Positions 38,211 through 48,110 are shown, counted from the stretch's first letter. The stretch is 64,000 nt of DNA from Bryobacteraceae bacterium (GCA_035501755.1 DATJVN010000118.1:2424-66423); one strand, 5' to 3'. Notes: generated by a model not told the origin, from the sequence alone. Numbers and translations are program-made.

Positions 38211-38819
38211 TTATCGGCGTCTGGGCCGGCGATCGCGATCGCGGTCGCGGCCGAAGGGCCTCCTGGGGCGATCGTCTTCCGGGCGGGGACGCGGCGGAAG
38301 AATCGGCTCGGGCAGCGTCTTCATATCGGAGGGCACCACCACCACCTGGCGGATCGGACCCAGGCCAACGCTCTCGCTGCGCACCTCGGTCTGGTCGCGC
38401 AGCGCCAGATGAATGATGCGCCGCTCACGACTGTTCATGGGGCTGAAGTGGAACGGAACGCGCGTTTTCTTGACACGCTCGGCCGCGGCAAGCGCGCTCA
38501 TGCGCAGTTCTTCGATGCGCAGCACGCGGTAATCGTTGGCGTCGAAACAAATGCGCGAATGCTCGTCGGGCGACATCCCCAGAGCTTCCATGGTCAACTG
38601 CTCGAGCGCCAGCAGCAGCTCGGCTTTGTTGGCCAGCAGCAGATCGACGTCGCTGCCGCTGAAGCGCACCAGGATGTCGGGATTTTCGAAATCGGGATGC
38701 GGTGTTTCGCCTTTGGAAACCGAGTAGTCCAGCTTGAAGCCGCTCAGCTTGAAAACGGTGTCGAGAAACTGTTCCACGCGCGGACCGGCCTCGGCCACCG
38801 TATACTTCTTGTCTGCCAA
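38211..38819 (-). CDS. jag: Jag/KhpB-type RNA-binding protein (KH + R3H domains)
   Basis: Conserved position after yidC. R3H region FHFSPMNSRERRIIHLALRD. No ATG available, so TTG at 38819 is proposed (2 nt after the yidC stop). Arg/Asp-rich tail RDRDRDRRPRRR. Confidence 0.7.
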   Translation of the reverse strand: MADKKYTVAEAGPRVEQFLDTVFKLSGFKLDYSVSKGETPHPDFENPDILVRFSGSDVDLLLANKAELLLALEQLTMEALGMSPDEHSRICFDANDYRVLRIEELRMSALAAAERVKKTRVPFHFSPMNSRERRIIHLALRDQTEVRSESVGLGPIRQVVVVPSDMKTLPEPILPPRPRPEDDRPRRPFGRDRDRDRRPRRR

Positions 38820-38821
38820 AC

Positions 38822-40489
38822 CTATCGTTTCCTTTTCGGAGCCGGCTTCACATCCACCACCGCGGGAGGCGGCGCGCTGCCCCGATTCATCGCCCACTGC
38901 ATCGCGATTGCCACCAGATTGCTGGTTAAGTAGTATAACACCAGTCCCGAAGGCAGATAGTAAAACATGTAGCCGAAAATCAGCGGCATGAAGTACATCA
39001 TCTTTTGCTGCGAAGGATCGGCGCCGGGCGTCGGCGTCATCTTCTGCGATAAGAACTGCGTGACTACCATGAGCACCGGCAACAGGTGGATGGGCAACGT
39101 TTCGGCCTGCGAAAGGTCCTTCACCCACAACCAGCTCGCGCCGCGCATTTCGATGGAAACGCTCAGCACTCGCCAGAAGGCGTACAGGAACGGGAGCTGG
39201 ATCAGCATGGGGAAGCATCCGCCCATCGGATTGACGCCTTCCTTCTTGTACAGCTCCATGATCTCGGCGTTCTGATCGGCCTTCTTGGGGTCGCGCAGGC
39301 CGATACCCTTGTATTTGTCGTTGATGGCCTTGATCTGCGGCTGCAGCCGCTGCATCTTCTTCGCCGATTTCAGACTCGAAATGCGCAAGGGGAAGAGCAG
39401 CAGGTTGATGGCGACGGTCACCAGCACGATTGCCCAGCCCCAGTTGCCCACGCCGTGATCGGCGGTCCAGTTGACCACCAGGAACAGCGGTTTGGCGAGT
39501 ACCTCGAACCATCCCCAATCGATCAACTGCTCCAGCTTCGGATCGACTTTCTTGAGCAGGTCGGTGTCCTTCGGCCCGACGAACAGCTTCATCACGTTGA
39601 CGCCCTGGCCGCCGACCCCGACGCCCACCTGCTGCACTTCCTTGTTGTCGGGTCCGGGAACGGCGTCGGAATACGTGGTCACCTCGATCGGGGAACGCCC
39701 GCCCGGCAGGAACACCGCGGCGAAATATTTGTCCTCGACTCCGGCGAAGGAGTCGCGATCGGTCGCCATGACCGGCCCATTCTTGGCGGTTTTCACGTCG
39801 TTCTGGACCAGCTTGGAATTTTCCAGGTTGTAGTACACGGCGCGCTGATCGCTCGCGGGATTAGTCACCGTCTCATCGCCGAAGCCTCCGCGCCATTCGA
39901 TCGAGTGCGCCACCGGCACGCCGTTTTCGAGCACCTGCGTATTGACCGTCACCAGGTAGCTGTCCTTGGTGAAGTTGAGCACCTTCTTCACATCCACGCG
40001 GCCGTCGGAGTATTCAAACGTCAGGTCCAGCCCGTCGCCGATGCGATTGAGCGTGTACAGTCCGGAGTTGGCGTTGGCCTCCTCGTCGGACTTGAAGGAA
40101 AGCGAGAACGGCGCGGGCACTTTTCCAAGCGCGGCCTGATCCACCAGGTCGAGCGGCTTGCCGTTGTGATCCTTGTACGCTTTGAGCGTCCAGTTTTTCA
40201 CCATCGCGCCTCGATTGGAAAACACCACGTGATAAAAATCAGTATCGACCGTGGCGGTCTGTTCGTCGGCGGCTTCAATCTTGGCCGTGGTTTCCGCGGA
40301 AGCAGCGGGCTTCACCGGAACCGGCTTGGGCGCTTCCGCCTCTTTCACCGGCTGGGTGGCTTTCACCGATGACGCGGCGGGTGTGGGAGGGGGTTTATAA
40401 AAATACTGCGTGCCGAACAGCACCAGCCCCATCAGCAGAAACGCGAGCAGCAGCCGCGTTTCCATCGAAAGTTCTTTTTTCTCTTCCAT
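38822..40489 (-). CDS. yidC: Membrane protein insertase YidC
   Basis: 555 aa. N-terminal TM, large periplasmic P1 domain, and conserved C-terminal 5-TM core (GCFPMLIQLPFLYAFW, MMYFMPLIFGYMFYYLPSGLVLYY). Confidence 0.93.
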   Translation of the reverse strand: MEEKKELSMETRLLLAFLLMGLVLFGTQYFYKPPPTPAASSVKATQPVKEAEAPKPVPVKPAASAETTAKIEAADEQTATVDTDFYHVVFSNRGAMVKNWTLKAYKDHNGKPLDLVDQAALGKVPAPFSLSFKSDEEANANSGLYTLNRIGDGLDLTFEYSDGRVDVKKVLNFTKDSYLVTVNTQVLENGVPVAHSIEWRGGFGDETVTNPASDQRAVYYNLENSKLVQNDVKTAKNGPVMATDRDSFAGVEDKYFAAVFLPGGRSPIEVTTYSDAVPGPDNKEVQQVGVGVGGQGVNVMKLFVGPKDTDLLKKVDPKLEQLIDWGWFEVLAKPLFLVVNWTADHGVGNWGWAIVLVTVAINLLLFPLRISSLKSAKKMQRLQPQIKAINDKYKGIGLRDPKKADQNAEIMELYKKEGVNPMGGCFPMLIQLPFLYAFWRVLSVSIEMRGASWLWVKDLSQAETLPIHLLPVLMVVTQFLSQKMTPTPGADPSQQKMMYFMPLIFGYMFYYLPSGLVLYYLTSNLVAIAMQWAMNRGSAPPPAVVDVKPAPKRKR

Positions 40490-40502
40490 GGATGCTACTT
40501 AC

Positions 40503-40712
40503 TTACCGGACCGGATCAAACCCTCCTGCATGAAACGGGTGGCACTTTACCAATCGTCGGATTCCCATCCACACTCCACGCGCGACGCCGTGTTTCTCGA
40601 TCGCCTGCATCATATATTCGGAGCAGGTGGGGTGAAAGCGGCACGCCGACGGCAGCAGCGGCGAAATCCATCGCTTATACATACGCAAAACGGCCAGCGT
40701 CAGTGCCCGCAT
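40503..40712 (-). CDS. yidD: Membrane protein insertion efficiency factor YidD
   Basis: 69 aa with [31 protein letters not shown], the hallmark YidD motif. Confidence 0.9.
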   Translation of the reverse strand: MRALTLAVLRMYKRWISPLLPSACRFHPTCSEYMMQAIEKHGVARGVWMGIRRLVKCHPFHAGGFDPVR

Positions 40713-41056
40713 TTTTCGATCACCTTTCGCATGGCCTCCTCAATTTCCACAAACGGCGCGCCGATCGCCGCGCGGCGCGGATTGACGACGATGTCCCACC
40801 CTGCGCCGAACTCGCCGCGATGCAGCCGAAACGCTTCGCGCAGCCGGCGCTTGATCCGGTTGCGAACCACGGCCGGGCCCAGCGCGCGCGGCGCCGTGAG
40901 TCCCAGGCGCGCGCCCTCCCGCCCGTCCTTTCGACGCAGGCAGAACGCCGCGAACATCGGAGTCGAAACGCGGATACCGTGGTCATAGACGGTGCGGAAG
41001 TCGCCGGAGCGCAGGATCCGCGACGCTCGCGGAAACGCGAATTCAGATTTTGGCAG
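40700..41056 (-). CDS. rnpA: Ribonuclease P protein component RnpA (start codon unresolved)
   Basis: Track ORF starts at the Met at 40957, but the same frame upstream encodes [28 protein letters not shown], the conserved RnpA N-terminus. No ATG/GTG/TTG lies between the in-frame TGA (41086-41084) and 40957. CTG at 41056 taken provisionally. Confidence 0.65.
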   Translation of the reverse strand: MPKSEFAFPRASRILRSGDFRTVYDHGIRVSTPMFAAFCLRRKDGREGARLGLTAPRALGPAVVRNRIKRRLREAFRLHRGEFGAGWDIVVNPRRAAIGAPFVEIEEAMRKVIEKCGH

Positions 41057-41213
41057 ATCGGACGGCTCTCTCGTCGCTGACCGTCAGTTTATGACGGCCG
41101 CGGGCGCGCCGGCGCGAGAGCACCGCGCGTCCATCCTTCGATTTCATTCGCGCCCGGAACCCATGCGTCTTGGCGCGCTTTCGATTGTTCGGCTGAAATG
41201 TGCGTTTAGGCAT
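41043..41213 (-). CDS. rpmH: 50S ribosomal protein L34
   Basis: Manual translation: [56 protein letters not shown] (56 aa, below the track cutoff). Canonical L34 signature and conserved position upstream of rnpA. Confidence 0.85.
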   Translation of the reverse strand: MPKRTFQPNNRKRAKTHGFRARMKSKDGRAVLSRRRARGRHKLTVSDERAVRSAKI

Positions 41214-41303
41214 TGTTTGGAATCAACCTTGATTAACCAGGCGAGCGAAGCGCACCCGTGGCGTTCGTCAACTTCGACGGTCGACTTCATTATAACAAAT
41301 CGA

Positions 41304-42842
41304 TCAGGCGTGGGCCGATTGCGGCGCGCCCAGCGCCTCGAGCGCCGCCTTTTCCATGACCGCCCGCGGCGCCGTTTGCTCCGTCCAGGTCTCGAATTGC
41401 CGGCAGGCCTGCTCGATAAACATCTCGATCCCCGGGATTACCGCCGCTCCCTGCGACCGGGCCTTGCGCGCGAGCATGGTTTCGAGCGGATTGTAAACCG
41501 TATCGAATACCAGCTTGGCCGGAATCCGGTCCTCGAAGAAACACTGCTCGGTCTTGGGGAACATTCCCAGCGGAGTGGCGTGAATCAGGATATCGAACGT
41601 CCGCGCTTCGGCCTGTTCGCGCGAAAGCGCCTCGGCGCCACAGGCTTTCGCGAGGGCGCGAATGCGATCGGGATTACGGCCGGTGATGGCGAGCTGCGCG
41701 CCCGCTTCGGCGAGCGCGAACGCCGCACCGCGCGCCGCGCCTCCATTGCCCGCGATCAGCACCGTCGCCTTGGACAATCGAATGCGCCGCTCCAGCGGGA
41801 TTTTGATTCCACACACGTCGGTATTGGTTCCACGCCACTTGCCGCCCCTGCGCCACACCGTGTTGACCGCGCCGATGCGCCGGGCCAGCGGATCGATCAC
41901 GTCCAGATAGCGGAGAATCTTCTGCTTGTGCGGAATGGTGACGCTGAACCCGGCGAGCGGAAGTTTTTCCGCCAGCACCAGAAAATCCTTCAACTGCACC
42001 GAATGCACCAGGAAGGGCAGATACACGGCGTCGGCGCGGCGCGCCTGAAACGCGCGATTGTGAACCGCGGGCGAGATCGAATGCCGCACCGGGTCCGCGA
42101 TGACGCCGTAGATGCGCGCGTCGCGCGTGAATTTTTCCACGCGGTACAGATGCCGGAGCTGATGCGCGCTCACCTGCCCGGCTGCCGTTCCCGCGGCTGC
42201 GGTGGGCGCGGCGTAGGTGTACAAACCGCCGATCGCGGTCGAAAGCACGCGCGTGGCGAATCCCATTTCGCCCATGGCGATCAGCACCATGGGGATCTTG
42301 GGATGCGCGCGCGCCATCGACAGAATGCGAAAGTTATCCGAAGGCTTGCGAGCCGTGGTGACGATTTTGTAGCCGTCGGCGTTGATGCGCGACATTCGCC
42401 GCAGGATCGAATCGAGCGCGGGCGTTCCCCCGTAATTGTGATACGACAGCAGAACGTAGGCGTGCGCGCGCAGGCCTTCGATGCGGTCGGCGCAGTTCTC
42501 CGCGCTCTCAATCTCGATGTCGATGGCCCGGGCGCCCGCCCCGATGGCCGCGTCCAGAGTCTGCACCTGCTGCTCCACGCTGCCGTTGAATTTTCCGTGG
42601 TTCTGATGACGCCGGCACGTCGCCATGATGGTGCAATCGGAGTGGCGCGCCAGAAACTTTCGAATGGCCCCGACGCCCTGCTCCGGAGCCGGAAGATAAT
42701 CGATGCGGACCTCGAAAAACCGCTCCCCGGCGTCGTATTCGCGGCGAGCGTGGGCGAGCAGAGTCTCGACGTCGGGAAATCCGAGCGCGATGCAAATTCG
42801 GGGCAGTGAGATCCGCTGCGGCATTCGGCGCCTGAACAGCAT
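41304..42842 (-). CDS. aroDE: Bifunctional type I 3-dehydroquinate dehydratase / shikimate 5-dehydrogenase
   Basis: N-terminal AroD type I blocks (EVRIDYL, SYHNY, KIVTTA, IAMGEMG) fused to AroE blocks (YGVIADPVRHSISPAVHN, GAGGAARG Rossmann motif). Start uncertain (Met at 42842 or 42824; the track start at 42920 is less likely). Confidence 0.85.
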   Translation of the reverse strand: MLFRRRMPQRISLPRICIALGFPDVETLLAHARREYDAGERFFEVRIDYLPAPEQGVGAIRKFLARHSDCTIMATCRRHQNHGKFNGSVEQQVQTLDAAIGAGARAIDIEIESAENCADRIEGLRAHAYVLLSYHNYGGTPALDSILRRMSRINADGYKIVTTARKPSDNFRILSMARAHPKIPMVLIAMGEMGFATRVLSTAIGGLYTYAAPTAAAGTAAGQVSAHQLRHLYRVEKFTRDARIYGVIADPVRHSISPAVHNRAFQARRADAVYLPFLVHSVQLKDFLVLAEKLPLAGFSVTIPHKQKILRYLDVIDPLARRIGAVNTVWRRGGKWRGTNTDVCGIKIPLERRIRLSKATVLIAGNGGAARGAAFALAEAGAQLAITGRNPDRIRALAKACGAEALSREQAEARTFDILIHATPLGMFPKTEQCFFEDRIPAKLVFDTVYNPLETMLARKARSQGAAVIPGIEMFIEQACRQFETWTEQTAPRAVMEKAALEALGAPQSAHA

Positions 42843-43070
42843 ACCACAGGCTTGTCGATGGCTAAGCCGGAAGTAACGTGATAAACACGAGCACTGAAAC
42901 GTTTCCGTGGGCGGGCACATCTTCTGATGTTCTTTCCCAAAATCGGGAGGAAATCGACCTACAGGTTACGCGAAGCCGTGTGGCCGTAGTAGTATAGTTG
43001 GACGAGTCGCGTAGCCGCGTCGGAGGGCCGCGCGGGTGATTGCATTTAACGCGAAGGAGGGCGCTCCCGC

Positions 43071-43676
43071 ATGTGGAACCGCCGCAAAGAAGAAGAGATT
43101 ACGCCGCCCAAGCCGGCGTCGGCCGCGCCGCCGGCTCCATCCGTGCTTGCGAAGGAGGGAATACCGATGTCAACGCTTCCAGGACGCTCCAGCGAGCCTC
43201 ACGTCGAACCGCATCGCGGAGGACAAGCCGTGCTCGGGAAATCGGTCATCGTCAAGGGGCAGATTTTCAGCCGCGAGGATCTGACCATCGACGGTGAAGT
43301 GGAAGGCACGGTGGAACTCCAGGAGCACCGGCTCACTGTCGGGCCCAACGGCAAGGTCGTCGCCAGCATCAAGGCGCGCGAGGTCGTGGTGCTGGGGACC
43401 ATCCACGGTAACGTCGAGACCACCGACAGGCTCGAGATCCGCAAGGAAGCCAAGCTGGTGGGCGATATCCGCACCGCGCGCATCGTGATCGAAGACGGAG
43501 CGTATTTCAAGGGCAACATCGATATCATTCGCGCCGACGCGCCCAAGCCGCAGCCCGCGCTGGCGCCCAAACACCAGCCCGTAGCGGCCGCGACCGCGCA
43601 GGCATTACCCGCGGCGGCAGCGCCCGCACCAGCCTCGCCCGTGCTCGCAGCAGGAGCCGGCGATCGCAAGCATTAG
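43071..43676 (+). CDS. Bactofilin (polymer-forming cytoskeletal protein) with Pro/Ala-rich termini
   Basis: Central beta-helical DUF583 repeats (VKGQIFSREDLTIDGEVEGTVE...VVVLGTIHGNVETTDRLEIRKEAKLVGDIRTARIVIEDGAYFKGNIDI). SD GAAGGAGGG precedes the ATG. Confidence 0.85.
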   Translation: MWNRRKEEEITPPKPASAAPPAPSVLAKEGIPMSTLPGRSSEPHVEPHRGGQAVLGKSVIVKGQIFSREDLTIDGEVEGTVELQEHRLTVGPNGKVVASIKAREVVVLGTIHGNVETTDRLEIRKEAKLVGDIRTARIVIEDGAYFKGNIDIIRADAPKPQPALAPKHQPVAAATAQALPAAAAPAPASPVLAAGAGDRKH

Positions 43677-43680
43677 CAGG

Positions 43681-44295
43681 GTGACCGCAAAATCCGCAAA
43701 CCTCGACTCCGCGCTACAGACGCGCCACAGCCACGGCCTCGACCAGTTCTGCTCATCTCTCGAAGACCGCCCCGGTATGTCGATCCTCGACCTGGCCGGC
43801 GCCAATCAGGGCACCATCAGCTTTCTCACCAACTACGGCCATCGTCTCTATTCCGACGATTTCGTCCACCAGCTGGATGACTGTTTTGGCGACGGCGATT
43901 TCTACGAGAACCAGACGAATCCATTGAAAGTCGGGAAATTTCTGGACACCGCGCTGGGCTTTCCCGATCGCATTTTCGACGGCGCGCTGGTGTGGGACAC
44001 GCTTCAGTTCCTCACTCCCTCGCTGCTCGAAATCGTAGTGGGAAAACTGAATCGCGTGTTGCGCCCGGGTTCCTCAATGCTCGCGTTTTTCCATGCCGAG
44101 GAGCGCGTCGAGACCATCCCCACGTATTCTTATCGCATCAGCGACCACCGCACCATCTCGCTGCAATCGCGCGGCCGCAGAAAGCCGGCGCAGTTCTTCA
44201 ATAACCGGAGCCTGGAAAAGCTGTTCCGCGAGTTCGATTCCGTGAAATTTTTCCTCACTCGCGATCACCTGCGCGAAGTGATCGTAAGGCGTTAG
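43681..44295 (+). CDS. Putative class I SAM-dependent methyltransferase-fold protein
   Basis: GTG start. ILDLAGANQG (degenerate motif I) and VWDTLQFL...LNRVLRPGSSMLAF pattern. Weak assignment. Confidence 0.5.
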   Translation: MTAKSANLDSALQTRHSHGLDQFCSSLEDRPGMSILDLAGANQGTISFLTNYGHRLYSDDFVHQLDDCFGDGDFYENQTNPLKVGKFLDTALGFPDRIFDGALVWDTLQFLTPSLLEIVVGKLNRVLRPGSSMLAFFHAEERVETIPTYSYRISDHRTISLQSRGRRKPAQFFNNRSLEKLFREFDSVKFFLTRDHLREVIVRR

Positions 44296-44393
44296 TGGTT
44301 GGTCGCCCGCCGGCGCCTGGGACCTCCCGGCGCTCTAAGGTAAGCTGAATATTCGTGCCGTCCGGCCGCGCCGGCCAACCACGAACTACGAAT
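44291..44393. repeat. Imperfect long hairpin built from the same CACGAAC/TACGAAC heptamer family as the 7683/8202 arms
   Basis: GTTAGTGGTTGGTCG (44291-) can pair with CGGCCAACCACGAAC (-44386), with 1 mismatch and 1 wobble in the plus-strand RNA. CCACGAACTACGAA upstream of lysS shares 9-10-nt strings with 8170-8202. Confidence 0.35.
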
Positions 44394-44397
44394 CGAA

Positions 44398-45831
44398 ATG
44401 TCCCTTGAAGACGATCTTCTATCGCAGCGTCTGCGGCGTGTCCGCGAAATTGAGGCGCTCGGGTTCCGGCCCTATGGCCAGCGCTTCGATTTCACGCATA
44501 CCATCCCCGGCATTCTTTCTGAATATGGCTCGAAAACCGCCGACGAGCTCGCCGGCAAACCGCAAGTCCGCATCGCCGGCCGCGTCGCGACCATCCGCCT
44601 GATGGGCAAAGCCGGTTTCATGCACCTGACCCAATCCGGCGAGCGCCTCCAGGTCTACGTTCGCAAGGACGCCGTTTCGGAAAACGAATTCAAGCTTTTT
44701 CAAATGCTCGAAGCCGGCGATATCGTCGGCGCAGAGGGTTATCTCTTCCGAACGCGCACGGGTGAGCTCAGCGTTCACGCCGAAAGACTCACCTTCCTCT
44801 CAAAAACGCTGCTGAATATGCCCGAAAAATGGCACGGACTCGAGGACGTCGAAATCCGCTACCGCCAGCGTTACCTCGACCTGATCGCCAATCCTGAATC
44901 GCGCAAGATTTTTCTGACCCGCGCGAAGATCATCGCGTCGCTGCGCCGCGTGCTCGAATCGCACGGATTCGTCGAGGTGGAGACGCCCATGATGCAGCCG
45001 CTTTACGGCGGCGCCACCGCGCGACCCTTCGTCACGCACCACAACACGCTCGACATGGACCTGTACCTGCGGATCGCGCCGGAATTGTATTTGAAGCGCC
45101 TGATCGTGGGCGGACTGGAGCGCGTTTACGAGATCAACCGCAACTTCCGCAACGAAGGCATCTCCACACAGCACAATCCCGAGTTCACCATGCTGGAGTT
45201 CTACCAGGCCTACACCGATTATCACGGCATGATGGACCTTTCCTGCGAGCTGCTGCGCGAAGCTGCGATCGCGGCCACCGGCTCGACTTCGGTCGAGTAT
45301 CAGGGCGTGACGCTCGATTTCGCCAATATCCGGCGCCTGCGCATTCGTGACGCGGTTGGCGACCCATCGCTCAAGGGCCTCGCGCTGATGGAAGCTTTCG
45401 AGCGCAATGTCGAGCCCACGCTGGTGCAGCCCAGCATCGTTTACGAATATCCGGTCGAGGTCTCGCCGCTTTCGAAAAACAACGAGCAGGACCCCGCCTT
45501 CGTCGACCGCTTCGAAATCTACGCGGCGGGCATGGAGCTCGGCAACGCCTATACCGAGCTCAACGATCCGCGCGAGCAGCGCCGGCGCTTTGAAATGCAG
45601 GTCGCCATGCGGGAAGCCGGCGATCAGGAAGCGCACCAGATGGACGAAGACTATCTGCGGGCGATGTCTTACGGCATGCCGCCCACCGGCGGCGAAGGCA
45701 TCGGCATCGACCGCCTCACCATGCTGCTGACCGGCTCGAAATCCATCCGCGATGTCATCCTGTTTCCGCTGCTGCGCCCGGAGGGCGAGATCGGACTCGC
45801 CCGAAAATTGCGCGATCTCGAAAACGAGTGA
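44398..45831 (+). CDS. lysS: Lysine--tRNA ligase (class II)
   Basis: N-terminal OB anticodon-binding domain and class II motifs ([11 protein letters not shown], ...[33 protein letters not shown]). Confidence 0.93.
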   Translation: MSLEDDLLSQRLRRVREIEALGFRPYGQRFDFTHTIPGILSEYGSKTADELAGKPQVRIAGRVATIRLMGKAGFMHLTQSGERLQVYVRKDAVSENEFKLFQMLEAGDIVGAEGYLFRTRTGELSVHAERLTFLSKTLLNMPEKWHGLEDVEIRYRQRYLDLIANPESRKIFLTRAKIIASLRRVLESHGFVEVETPMMQPLYGGATARPFVTHHNTLDMDLYLRIAPELYLKRLIVGGLERVYEINRNFRNEGISTQHNPEFTMLEFYQAYTDYHGMMDLSCELLREAAIAATGSTSVEYQGVTLDFANIRRLRIRDAVGDPSLKGLALMEAFERNVEPTLVQPSIVYEYPVEVSPLSKNNEQDPAFVDRFEIYAAGMELGNAYTELNDPREQRRRFEMQVAMREAGDQEAHQMDEDYLRAMSYGMPPTGGEGIGIDRLTMLLTGSKSIRDVILFPLLRPEGEIGLARKLRDLENE

Positions 45832-45837
45832 GAAAAA

Positions 45838-46839
45838 TCACTCCTTGGGAAACACGATCGGCAGTGCCACGTCCGCGGTGAACATGCAGCGCGCGTTATG
45901 GCCGCACAGCGGCACCACGGTCACCTTGTGCTGCGCGCCAAACTTCTGATTCACGTACTTCGCGAACGCCTCCCCGCGCGCCAGCCGCGTAGGTCCCTGC
46001 GCCATGGCCGGACAGGATGAATCGAACCCTCCCAGCGGAAGAATATCGATTTCGCCCAGCAGATACGTCACCGGCCGCGCGGCGAGTTGCCTTTTCAGCT
46101 GCTCGTCGGTAAGACTCGCAGTGTAACCGGTGCGGTCTTCCAGCCCGTAAGGCCAGTGATCGAATGTCGTGCAGTTGCGCGAGTCGCGGAAGGGCTGAAA
46201 TGCGCTCGCTTCCGCGTTGGGACGCGTCGCGTCGAGATACGCGTAGCTCGACGGGTTTGCGACCACGTAGGTCACCGCGACATCCAGCGTATCGTGTACC
46301 TTGTTGCCCATCTCGTAGCGTGTGACAAACTGGCCGCCGGCCGAGTGCCCCGCCACCACGATCGCCTGGAGATTCGGAAACACGTCCTTGCGCGCCAGTT
46401 TCTTGAGAATCTGGTCCATGAAATCGTACGAGGTGAGCTTGTTGTCGCTCAACGACGTTCCCCCGGAGCGCCAGCTGTCGCCATTGCAACTCCAGTTCAC
46501 TTCGTTCGTTGCGAGATTGTCGCGACAGCCGCGGCCGTCGCTCGAGGCAAAGCGCGGCGCGATCACAATAGTGTCGTCAAGCGCGCCGCCCAGAAACGCC
46601 GATGCGACCGCGGTGCGGAAATAATTGTCCGCGTCGCGGCCCGCGCCGTGTACCATGATGAACGCGCGCCGGATCCCCGCGTTCCGCGTCTCCATCGGAT
46701 AGGTGCGGTAGATCAGCGACCGCGCCGCGCCGCCGAGCGAAATCCACTCTGTGCATCCCGAGGTCGAAATGCACGCTTCCGCGTGGACCCCCGCTTCGAG
46801 CGCGGCGCAAAGCCAGAAGGCGCAGACCATTCGCAACAT
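45838..46839 (-). CDS. Secreted alpha/beta hydrolase
   Basis: Signal peptide MLRMVCAFWLCAALEAGVHA. HGAGRDADNYF and nucleophile elbow GHSAGGQF. Confidence 0.7.
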   Translation of the reverse strand: MLRMVCAFWLCAALEAGVHAEACISTSGCTEWISLGGAARSLIYRTYPMETRNAGIRRAFIMVHGAGRDADNYFRTAVASAFLGGALDDTIVIAPRFASSDGRGCRDNLATNEVNWSCNGDSWRSGGTSLSDNKLTSYDFMDQILKKLARKDVFPNLQAIVVAGHSAGGQFVTRYEMGNKVHDTLDVAVTYVVANPSSYAYLDATRPNAEASAFQPFRDSRNCTTFDHWPYGLEDRTGYTASLTDEQLKRQLAARPVTYLLGEIDILPLGGFDSSCPAMAQGPTRLARGEAFAKYVNQKFGAQHKVTVVPLCGHNARCMFTADVALPIVFPKE

Positions 46840-46854
46840 TTCACGAGAATAGCA

Positions 46855-47487
46855 TCAGTGATGCGGCCGCCGCCCCGCGCCCACCAGCTCTCCCAGGTCG
46901 TCCACCTTGATTCCTTCGACGCCGCTTCCGGCAAGCTGCTCGGTGATGAACCACACCTCAAATTCATTGGTGCGCAGCACGTTGGAGATCAGCACGTCGT
47001 TGGTTCCCTGGTCACCGTTTTCCGCGCTCGCCTCGGCTGCTTCGCGCGTCTCCTCGATAATCGTCCCGTGCGCCTCGAGCAGGCGGAACAACTGCACCGT
47101 GGCGTCTTCGCGTCCGCGCGGAGGACGCTCCAGCCGCGTGGTCTCGGCGACATCGTGCGCCATGGCAATCGCCACGCCGCCCAGAGTCTGAATGCGCTCC
47201 GCCAGCAAGTCCACCAGCTCCACCTGTTCGCCGTAATGTTTGTCGAACAACAGGTGAAGCTGGTAAAAGGTCGGCCCGGAGACCTGCCAATGATGCTTCT
47301 TGTACATGTCGCGAAGCGTCATGGTGTCGGCCAGGATCTGGTTGAGCTTCTCGCAATTTGTGACGCGCACCTTTTCGTCGAGCGAAATGGCGCGGTTCAC
47401 CACTGTTCCGAAGCGTTGAAACTCGCGCCGCGCGCCGTTGTGCGGCGCGGCGTTTGAGGACGTGTGTTCGGCAGTCTTCTGCTTCAT
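46855..47487 (-). CDS. dps: Dps family DNA-protection/ferritin-like protein
   Basis: MYKKHHWQVSGPTFYQLHLLFDKHYGEQVELVDLLAERIQTLGG is the Dps ferroxidase-site signature. Start ambiguous (ATG 47487, TTG 47508 or GTG 47523). Confidence 0.8.
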   Translation of the reverse strand: MKQKTAEHTSSNAAPHNGARREFQRFGTVVNRAISLDEKVRVTNCEKLNQILADTMTLRDMYKKHHWQVSGPTFYQLHLLFDKHYGEQVELVDLLAERIQTLGGVAIAMAHDVAETTRLERPPRGREDATVQLFRLLEAHGTIIEETREAAEASAENGDQGTNDVLISNVLRTNEFEVWFITEQLAGSGVEGIKVDDLGELVGAGRRPHH

Positions 47488-47565
47488 GCGGATTAGATCC
47501 GCCGGCAACGCCCCCGGTTGCACGATTTTGAGGCGGTGCTGCTAGACTATCCGAAAGGAGCAAAC

Positions 47566-48090
47566 ATGACACGAGCCGTTGGAGTCTGTGTAGCAGGAAT
47601 TTTCGCCGCCGCCGGGATCTTCGCGGCCAATTCCGTCAAAGTCGAGCTGAAGAACGCCCAGGGCCAGAGCGTGGGGACTGCGACGATCACCGAAAACAAA
47701 GGGGGATCGGGAGTTACCGTCCGGCTCGACCTGAAAAATCTGCCGCCGGGCGAACACGCCCTGCACTTCCATCAGAACGCCAAATGCGAGCCGCCCGGAT
47801 TCACCACCGCCGGCGGCCACTTCAATCCGGATGGCGCGCATCATGGCGTGGACAATCCGCAGAGCCCCAAACCGCACGCCGGCGACATGCCCAACTTCAC
47901 CGTCGGTCCTAAGGGAACCGTGAAAACCACCATCAGCGATCCGCGCGTGAATCTCGGCTCGGATTCGCACTCGCTGTATTCGAATGGCGGGACGGCGCTG
48001 ATGATTCATGCCAAGCCGGACGACCTGAAATCCGACCCGTCGGGCAATGCCGGCGACCGCATCGCCTGCGGAACGATTACAAAACCGTGA
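47566..48090 (+). CDS. sodC: Periplasmic Cu,Zn superoxide dismutase
   Basis: SD AAAGGAG precedes the ATG at 47566. Signal peptide. [26 protein letters not shown], and [18 protein letters not shown] metal-ligand blocks. Confidence 0.9.
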   Translation: MTRAVGVCVAGIFAAAGIFAANSVKVELKNAQGQSVGTATITENKGGSGVTVRLDLKNLPPGEHALHFHQNAKCEPPGFTTAGGHFNPDGAHHGVDNPQSPKPHAGDMPNFTVGPKGTVKTTISDPRVNLGSDSHSLYSNGGTALMIHAKPDDLKSDPSGNAGDRIACGTITKP

Positions 48091-48110
48091 CAACGGCGTT
48101 GTAGCTCGAG

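Noticed and set aside
38187-38933. 248-aa plus-strand ORF starting MRSFAAKDL
   Set aside because: It starts inside the REP-like palindrome and runs antisense to jag. The FAAKDL-type peptide is an artefact of translating the repeat.
40992-42809. 605-aa plus-strand ORF
   Set aside because: It is antisense to rpmH and aroDE, both of which have strong signatures. Shadow ORF.
41214-43070. Possible oriC/dnaA locus next to the rpmH-rnpA-yidC cluster
   Set aside because: No dnaA gene follows rpmH; aroDE and then a divergent bactofilin gene do. I saw no TTATCCACA-type DnaA boxes or AT-rich unwinding element in the intergenic regions.
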